This document shows positions 57,429-64,000 of a stretch of 64,000 nucleotides of DNA, piece by piece. The position numbers and the translations under genes were made by a program. The notes beneath the pieces were generated by a model, which searched no databases, was not told the DNA's origin, and worked only from the letters and a program-made list of their open reading frames with translations. Source of the DNA: Rhynchopus sp. YZ270_cl-10 (lineage: Eukaryota); NCBI GenBank assembly GCA_964035575.1, contig OZ037833.1, forward strand, positions 186,001 through 250,000, read 5' to 3'. How positions within the stretch are numbered: position 1 is the stretch's first letter; each line of letters starts with the position of its first letter.

Positions 57429-57814
57429 CTTAATTTTGGCTTTTTCTTTTTTGATGTCTGACAGAAAAATGGTTTTTGTGTTTTTTGAAACTTGGTTGGG
57501 TTAGTGTAGCCTCCCTAGAGTGTGCTCCACTGTGGTATGAACAATTTGTGCTCTTTTTTTGGAGAAAGGGAAATCAGGGGGGGAAAATAACATTTTTTTT
57601 TTCCCCCACAAAAGCTTGTGTCGTTTCGGCCACGCCTAAGAATATCCCCTCATTTTTTGCTCTTTTTGAAGTTCTGTTTTTCTCCGAAAAAAAAGTAAGA
57701 TTTTTCCCCCAGCTAAACTAACTCTAAAAGAGGAAACCACGAATCACCCTACACCCCTTTTTTTTTTCAACCCCTTCCACTGACAAGAATGCTTTCTCCT
57801 TTTTGCCTTTTCAA

Positions 57815-58612
57815 TCAGATATATTCAGCAACACCGTTCACTACCCTCTGCTGCATCTTTGCCGGCAAAATATGCAAAAATCTTGCTGCCACATCTAACA
57901 TTCCAAAGTAAATTCTAGGAGGGCCAAACACACTTGCAACCAACGTTTGGCTGAACGCCTCCACCTGCCCTCTGTCCCCCTCCTTTTCCCCTTCACGCGG
58001 CAGACCCAACACTGTGGTCACCGTCACCCCCTTCCTTTGTCTCGCCAGCTCTGGCCGCAATGCCTCGATCAACCCATATACTGCCCATGCATACGTACTC
58101 CGCGTACTGCCTTCGGTTCCGGACATGCCACGCCAGCCTTCTATCGCAACCACTATTGCAGTGGGTCCTCCTCCTCCTCCACCTCCCCCTTCTGTACCTA
58201 AAAACTCCGAAATTTTCATCCTAATCGAGTCCAAAGCATCGGGGATCTCTTCATCATCAGAAATTTTTGAGACAATAAAAAGCGCGCGTGGTGTGGTTCC
58301 GTTCTGGTCTAACCCCTGCTGTGCGGGTAGGTGTTTGCGTACGCCGAAGCGGATGCCTGCTTCGTCACGGATATTGTGCATGGAGAAGAGGGTGTTGCAC
58401 CACGGAAGCGATGTGGTGGGTGTTGTCTTCGTGCGGAAGGGAGCGATGGCTGAGAGGATGTGGAGTACCCCGATGACTGCAACAGCAGCCCAGAGAAGCG
58501 CGAGTGTGACAGCAACCATCCAAGAATTCATCTGCCCCACCACCTCCCCAACCCCACCCCCAACCACCAGAACCCCCGCGAGGAAGCTGCTCAGCATCCA
58601 TTCGTGGCGCAT
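57815..58612 (-). CDS. Membrane-associated protein with degenerate short-chain dehydrogenase-like C-terminus
   Basis: STYAWAVYGLIEALRPELARQRKGVTVTTV resembles SDR Y..SK.A..GF.EALR.EL...GV.V; two hydrophobic segments at the N-terminus. Confidence 0.55.
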   Translation of the reverse strand: MRHEWMLSSFLAGVLVVGGGVGEVVGQMNSWMVAVTLALLWAAVAVIGVLHILSAIAPFRTKTTPTTSLPWCNTLFSMHNIRDEAGIRFGVRKHLPAQQGLDQNGTTPRALFIVSKISDDEEIPDALDSIRMKISEFLGTEGGGGGGGGPTAIVVAIEGWRGMSGTEGSTRSTYAWAVYGLIEALRPELARQRKGVTVTTVLGLPREGEKEGDRGQVEAFSQTLVASVFGPPRIYFGMLDVAARFLHILPAKMQQRVVNGVAEYI

Positions 58613-59511
58613 TTTTTTTGTCAATTTAAAAAAAAAAATTTGGATGGGATGAAAATGTTTGTGTGCGCATTAAGCGCGTTTTTTTTTCATCCTGATTTAT
58701 TGTTGTAGTAATGTGGAGGATGAGGATGGGGAGGGAGGAGATGAGGGTGAGTTGAAAAAAAGAGGGGTAGTGGGTTGGGCATTTTCATTATTTTGGAGGG
58801 GGGACGGTATCGCGGGGACGCATACCCCGAAGGCGAATACGGATTTGCCCTATATTCGGATCCGAACATAGGGCGAATATAGTAAAAATAGAAACAGACG
58901 GGATATGACAATTGAATAAAACGAGAGCAAAAGATAAATAAACTTTTCCGTTTATCGGCGGTTTGAAAGAAGGGGCTGTAGGGAGGAAAGGGGAAAGGAA
59001 CTGCGTTGGGGTCTTGGTTTTTTGTATATGGTCACAAAGGGGTCTGTCAGCCCACAGCTATGGGAGAGGCTCTTCGGCATTTTACACACCTTCCGCACCT
59101 CGAAGAAACGGGAAAACTGTACCCCCCACTGCCTTGTGCAGTGCGGAACCCTACTACATATAACAACCCCAACACATTGCAAGAGGCAGTGCCAGCGCAG
59201 CTGCCTAACAGTTAACGTAGTAATAAAAACAATGAGGGGGGAAAGGGGTCAAGATTGAATGGGTTACACTGCCGCACACCGCAAACAGAGGGGGTGGCGA
59301 GAGTTGCACACTGTTGGCACATAGGGTTGAACGTTTAAAAATAGAATCTGTCGGGATATGACAATTGAATAAAAAAGAGAGCGAGAAACAACTGTTTCCC
59401 GTCGCAAATGTGTTGCGTTTCGCTGTATGGTGTGGTGAAACAAATACTGACCGAAAGACAAATTTGCAGGCACCTTCTTGCCAATGCTTGGTATATAAAA
59501 AAAATGGGGAT

Positions 59512-60972
59512 TTAGTCCCGAAGCCATTTCTCGATATTCGCGATTTCCAGGGCGCGTGCGGCGAGAACGCTTGGAGGGTCTTCTGGGTTGGAGAAGAAGA
59601 GGTCGAGGTGGTGTGCACCACCCTCGATGACGACGGCCAGCACAGAGGAGGACACGTTCGAGGTCACACCTGCGGCGGACCATGGGTCGTAGTCTCCGTT
59701 GCTGAAGACAATGTTGGAGTACTGGTCAAGCTTGCTTAGCGGGCCGTACTGCTGCACAATCCAGTACGGCTGTGGCTGCACACCGTACTCAGTCTCGCAC
59801 CTCTCGTCAATGAATTCCAGGTCAAAGACCTGCTTCCAAAACATATCCGTCACACCATCCCGCGCATAGTACGTCTCCTGGCAAAGCATCTGCGTACAAA
59901 ACTGGAAGTCCCAAATCCCGTCATGCTCCAGATCCTTGTCGTCAAGCTGGTAGCACGGAATGTCCTTGGTCGCGTTGTTGAAGATATCGGTCGCGGCCTT
60001 GAGTCTGGGCAGCAGCTCTGCTACAGGGGGTTGCACGCCGTCTGTGCCGATCATGGCTGCGCAGGCCTCGCGCACAGGGTAGGCGGAGAGGACGGCAGTG
60101 CCGCCGGTGATGTAGTCTGTGGGGTAGGGATAGTTACCCATGGCCATCATGTCCCAGGCGTACATCAGGAGGTAGGCGAGGGCGAGAACACTGTCCTCAG
60201 TAGGGAGCACGCAGAGGTTAAAGGTGGACTGCAGTTGTGCACGGCCTTGGGCGGTCTTCGCCTGTTCGAAGACCTGTGCGAAGGCAGCACGCACAGTGCT
60301 GTCGCACCCCGCCCGTGCACCTGCCGCAGGCGTTGCATCGCGTGTGACGACCTCCCAGTACGTCTTCCCAAAGGAGTTCGTGAAGTCCGTAAACGAATCC
60401 TTCCCGCTCAACGGAAACCCAAAGATCGGTGCCGACGCAGAGATCGCCCCATCGATCGTGGTCGGGTACTTCATGCGCATCCACGCAGCCAGCATCCCAC
60501 CGTAGGACCCGCCAAACGCAATGACCTTGCTCTCAGGTGACTGCTTGTCCTGCTTGTAGGTGAACAAAACGTTCGCATAGTCCGCTAGGGCCTGCTCGTG
60601 GCTCAGGTACGAGATGTTTCCCTTCGCAAAGCTGGAGCTCCCAAACGGCAGCGACTCTCCGTAGTAGCGGTGCTCTGCGAAGATGAGCAGCGCACTGAAG
60701 CGGTCTTTGTTCTCCCACATCAGCCCAGTGTGGCGTACGTACAGCGTCACATCTGCCTCGTTTCCGCAGTAAAAGAAAATGGGCTCACCCTTCTTCCAAT
60801 TCTCCTCCCCACAAACGTAAACACGCTGCTTGAACGTCCTCCAATCCGTGTCTGGGGTGTAGCTGAAGTGGTCGAGCTTCTGGTTGTACCACTTCAGTGT
60901 GCAGTTCTTTGCTGGGTCAATTGGACTGGCACTCACTGTGGCAAGTACGGCGAACACATTTAAGAAAAGCAT
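59512..60972 (-). CDS. PRCP: Lysosomal Pro-X carboxypeptidase / DPP2 family (peptidase S28)
   Basis: Signal peptide MLFLNVFAVLATVSA; QKLDHF, EHRYYGES, GGSYGG (Ser), NGDYDPW (Asp), GAHHLDL (His). Confidence 0.93.
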   Translation of the reverse strand: MLFLNVFAVLATVSASPIDPAKNCTLKWYNQKLDHFSYTPDTDWRTFKQRVYVCGEENWKKGEPIFFYCGNEADVTLYVRHTGLMWENKDRFSALLIFAEHRYYGESLPFGSSSFAKGNISYLSHEQALADYANVLFTYKQDKQSPESKVIAFGGSYGGMLAAWMRMKYPTTIDGAISASAPIFGFPLSGKDSFTDFTNSFGKTYWEVVTRDATPAAGARAGCDSTVRAAFAQVFEQAKTAQGRAQLQSTFNLCVLPTEDSVLALAYLLMYAWDMMAMGNYPYPTDYITGGTAVLSAYPVREACAAMIGTDGVQPPVAELLPRLKAATDIFNNATKDIPCYQLDDKDLEHDGIWDFQFCTQMLCQETYYARDGVTDMFWKQVFDLEFIDERCETEYGVQPQPYWIVQQYGPLSKLDQYSNIVFSNGDYDPWSAAGVTSNVSSSVLAVVIEGGAHHLDLFFSNPEDPPSVLAARALEIANIEKWLRD

Positions 60973-61486
60973 TGTCAAGTGGTCTCTGGTGGTGATGGTG
61001 GTGTGAGGGGGAGGGGATACGCCTGCCTCTAGACCTGAGGACAGCCACAACACCACACCATTCGGTTGCACAAAAAAAAAGAAGTTTTTCAGGATGGGGG
61101 GGAAAGCTCCCTCCCTCGACAAGAAACAAAACCAAAATTTTTGACTTGAAATACAAAAATCCCTCTGACAGTGTACCAAAAGAGAAGCTGAAAACTCCTC
61201 ACCGGACAGCAGACGGAGGAACTAAAAAAAAAAATAAAAATTCCCGCTACTACACCAGTAGGTGTAAAGGGAATATTGACAACCAAAAGAATCCATCCGG
61301 ATCAAAAAACCCAACATAATTTTTTCGAAACCTTAGTGTAAACTCGGTGGAGGTTTCAAAAAAGAACTTTGTTTCTCGCTCCGCAAAAAATATTACCACA
61401 GGAACTATCAAGAAGAAGCACAACCATACAGCACCCCCTTCATGCTGCACACACCCCCTTCCTGCTGGTAGTACACACCATTTCCT

Positions 61487-63949
61487 TCAGCTGCTCTTCA
61501 ACGATTTTTCTGCCCTCGAAACCATCTCCAACTCACGAACAAAGCGCTTCAGGGACTGCGCCACGTCTCTGTGCCCCGCCCCCTTCACAACCCACCTTGT
61601 TGCCAGCTGCGTGAGACATCGGTTTGTGACGTGCTCTGTTGCGGTGACCTTATGGCACTCGAGGCAGCGCCACAGACCTAACGTGGTGTCACTCAGACAG
61701 AGGTCGATGCAGGCACTGCAGAATGAGTGGCCACAGGGCCAGAGTTGGTGGAGTGATTTGCAGACTGAGTTGCAGACACGGCACCTCAGCATTTGCTCTA
61801 GCTGTTCGGTGAAGGCAAGCATGCGCTCAACGGTTGTGCTCAGCTGTTTGATTTCCTGAGCAATGACGACGCTCTTCCCGTCTTGGTACTCCAGTAGAGA
61901 GGACCGCCGCTCATCCTTCTGGATCGCAACGTCAGCACAGCCGACGCACTGTCGCGCGTCGTCATCGCAGTCGAAGATCTCCTGAAGCTGTGCGAAAATG
62001 TAGTTCCGATAGCGTTTTTTGTGCTTCATCCGGTTTGTCTTGCTGTTAAGTGTGTCCACTGCATGCCGGAGTGTGCCTTGTTGGGATTCAAGCTCGGTCA
62101 GAGACATGGACAAATCAAAATATTCTTGCCGCGTCTCATCGATCCTCCGTTGTATCGCATCTTCATGCAAGCTGAGAACAGCGTTTGCGCTGGTAACCTC
62201 CCGCAAAGCGTCTGCGTGGTCTGTTTTGATCTTCATGTTCACCTGGTTCATCAGCTCCTGAATGCTTTCGGTCCGCTTTCTCAGGTCTCTCGCCGAGCAT
62301 AAACCTTGCAGTTGCTTGAGCCGTTCGGTGATGCCACTCATTGTTTTGATGTTTACCGAATCTATCGCATCCTCCACTTCCGCCACTTCAGCACCAAGCG
62401 GCACCATCGCACCAAGAAACGCACGCACAACCGGCTTTGCCACAATCCCCGCCAAACCTATCTGTACATTCGGCACCTTCTGTTGCCCTGTAGTCAGCTC
62501 TAAGAAGCGGCCTTCCTTCCAGACCCCTCCTTCATGCAAAAGAACGCGAGCATTTGGGGCAAGCCTCGCTGCCGCTTCGGGGGATATGGTTGCAGCACCA
62601 ATCGGCTTTGCCGCACCAGCAACAGCAGCCAAACCACTTCCATAACATTGTGTGTATTCTGCTCTCTCCGTTGCGGAAAGCGAGTCGAAATAACCTAAAT
62701 GCTGGGCCGCGTAGTGTGCTGCACGCAAAGACGACATTTCTGTTAGTTGTCTCCGAAAATCCTCTTCCAAAGACGCAATCTCCTTCACCAACTCTTCGTA
62801 TCCTTCGAGAAACCGCATCGTCAAAATCCGAGCATCCAGTACCCCCCTCTCCACACTTCTGTCAAATTGAATTTTCCCTGCATTGCCTCGAAAGCTGTCC
62901 TTCTTCGCCAAGCTCGCTCTGTCAAGAAAAAAAGCTACCCTCGGATTTTGCATCACCGTCTCCAAAGCAATTCTGGGCACCACATAAGACACATCCCCCG
63001 CAGGCTCTGCCCTCCACCTCGGCAGACTCGATTCGACCTCAGGAAGCACTGCTGGGAGCACCACTGCTTCCCCTTCCCCTCCTCCTCCTCCTCCCTCTGA
63101 CACAGAGGCAAGCACCTCCTCCTTCTCCGAGGGGGGTGGGTCGTCCTGTACTGTGTCCTCCTGGGGCTTCTCGGGCTGCTCCTCCTCTTCCTCCCAGAAA
63201 TCCGAGCCGCAGTCGAGATCTGCATACCCAAAGGTCCCTTCTGCAGCGATTTTGCCGTTTTGCATATTTTTTAGCACCGTTTGTAGTGCGTCGACCTTTT
63301 CTTCAAGTTCCTCTTCGGTTTCAAACCCGTTAAACAGATTTGCCTCTATACTTCCAGAGAACGCTGATAAATCCATTTCGTATAATTGTTGTCTCGCGTA
63401 CGTCTCGCATGTTGCTTCGCGCTTATTCAACAGAGGGCGTGGTGGGGAAACATCGTTTTTATTGACTCTTCTTGTAAGAGAACCACGTGAACGGCGTTGT
63501 ATAGGCTGGGTTGACCTAGAATTGACGCGTGGTATGTTCCGGAAACTATGTGGCTTCTGCTGTCTTTCAGGACCTTCAGTACGCAGTTCCCCCGCAAAAG
63601 AGACCCGTGAGGTGGTGTGATGGATTCCCTTCTCTTTGCGTACCCTTTTTTTTCGTTTGGGGAGTTTTTCTGGTGCAAAAGATGCAGCAATTTCACTGCC
63701 ACGATGATGTGCATTCCGCTGTATGGGTGAAACTCCTCGCTCCTCACCATTTTGCGCCCCGTGGCTGTGGTGCTCTCCTGAAGGTTCTTCGTATTGATCG
63801 GTGTTGTGTTCGCTGTCTTCCTCCTCCTCTTCGTCCGATTCGTATTCAGAGGAGGAATCAAAATGAAAGTCTCTGGACTGTCGCTGCCGCGTACCCTGCT
63901 GCCTCATGGTGGGCCCACGAGAGAGTATTTCCTCCAAAATTTCGGTCAT
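61487..63949 (-). CDS. Coiled-coil protein with C-terminal RING-HC finger (putative E3 ligase)
   Basis: CRVC...LWPCGHSFCSAC...WRCLEC; 820-aa ORF. Confidence 0.85.
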   Translation of the reverse strand: MTEILEEILSRGPTMRQQGTRQRQSRDFHFDSSSEYESDEEEEEDSEHNTDQYEEPSGEHHSHGAQNGEERGVSPIQRNAHHRGSEIAASFAPEKLPKRKKRVRKEKGIHHTTSRVSFAGELRTEGPERQQKPHSFRNIPRVNSRSTQPIQRRSRGSLTRRVNKNDVSPPRPLLNKREATCETYARQQLYEMDLSAFSGSIEANLFNGFETEEELEEKVDALQTVLKNMQNGKIAAEGTFGYADLDCGSDFWEEEEEQPEKPQEDTVQDDPPPSEKEEVLASVSEGGGGGGEGEAVVLPAVLPEVESSLPRWRAEPAGDVSYVVPRIALETVMQNPRVAFFLDRASLAKKDSFRGNAGKIQFDRSVERGVLDARILTMRFLEGYEELVKEIASLEEDFRRQLTEMSSLRAAHYAAQHLGYFDSLSATERAEYTQCYGSGLAAVAGAAKPIGAATISPEAAARLAPNARVLLHEGGVWKEGRFLELTTGQQKVPNVQIGLAGIVAKPVVRAFLGAMVPLGAEVAEVEDAIDSVNIKTMSGITERLKQLQGLCSARDLRKRTESIQELMNQVNMKIKTDHADALREVTSANAVLSLHEDAIQRRIDETRQEYFDLSMSLTELESQQGTLRHAVDTLNSKTNRMKHKKRYRNYIFAQLQEIFDCDDDARQCVGCADVAIQKDERRSSLLEYQDGKSVVIAQEIKQLSTTVERMLAFTEQLEQMLRCRVCNSVCKSLHQLWPCGHSFCSACIDLCLSDTTLGLWRCLECHKVTATEHVTNRCLTQLATRWVVKGAGHRDVAQSLKRFVRELEMVSRAEKSLKSS

Positions 63950-64000
63950 TTCGCCGTCAGGGTGGTCTGTTATTATTTGCGCTGTTTCCGCGGCGGCTTG

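Noticed and set aside
58844..59385. Hairpin at 58844-58877 and ~45-bp direct repeat (58885, 59337) as LTRs or a terminator
   Set aside because: Too short and diverged, with no TG..CA ends, TSD or internal coding; bacterial-type terminators do not apply here.
1..64000. rRNA/tRNA genes or a prokaryotic defence system
   Set aside because: No recognisable rRNA/tRNA motifs by eye; the gene content and introns are eukaryotic.

Overview
Eukaryotic nuclear DNA, most plausibly a diplonemid-like euglenozoan. This is an inference from amastin-like genes, all ~19 host gene loci lying on the minus strand as one directional cluster, and ordinary GT-AG introns. Host genes: two tandem amastin-like genes, a type-I membrane kelch protein, a FYVE protein, several low-complexity/coiled-coil proteins, EF-hand and CCCH-RRM proteins, three ubiquitin-like+BspA-type LRR paralogues (each damaged differently), a DM10/calcyphosin-like EF-hand gene, a 6-exon USP7-like deubiquitinase, an IQ protein, a 5-exon G3BP, an SDR-like protein, a Pro-X carboxypeptidase and a RING protein. 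Intergenic and intronic DNA is full of unannotated mobile DNA with readable ends: two hAT-type MITEs (8-bp TSDs), a Mutator-like foldback element (9-bp TSD) inside an intron, and a nest at 12.6-17.1 kb. In the nest a TA-flanked foldback element contains a decayed Crypton-like tyrosine-recombinase element, which in turn contains an AT-flanked MITE. Also present: a co-oriented SIDER-like interspersed repeat family, a recurrent GNA-triloop hairpin motif and an apparent templated insertion. All calls were made by eye; no searches were run.
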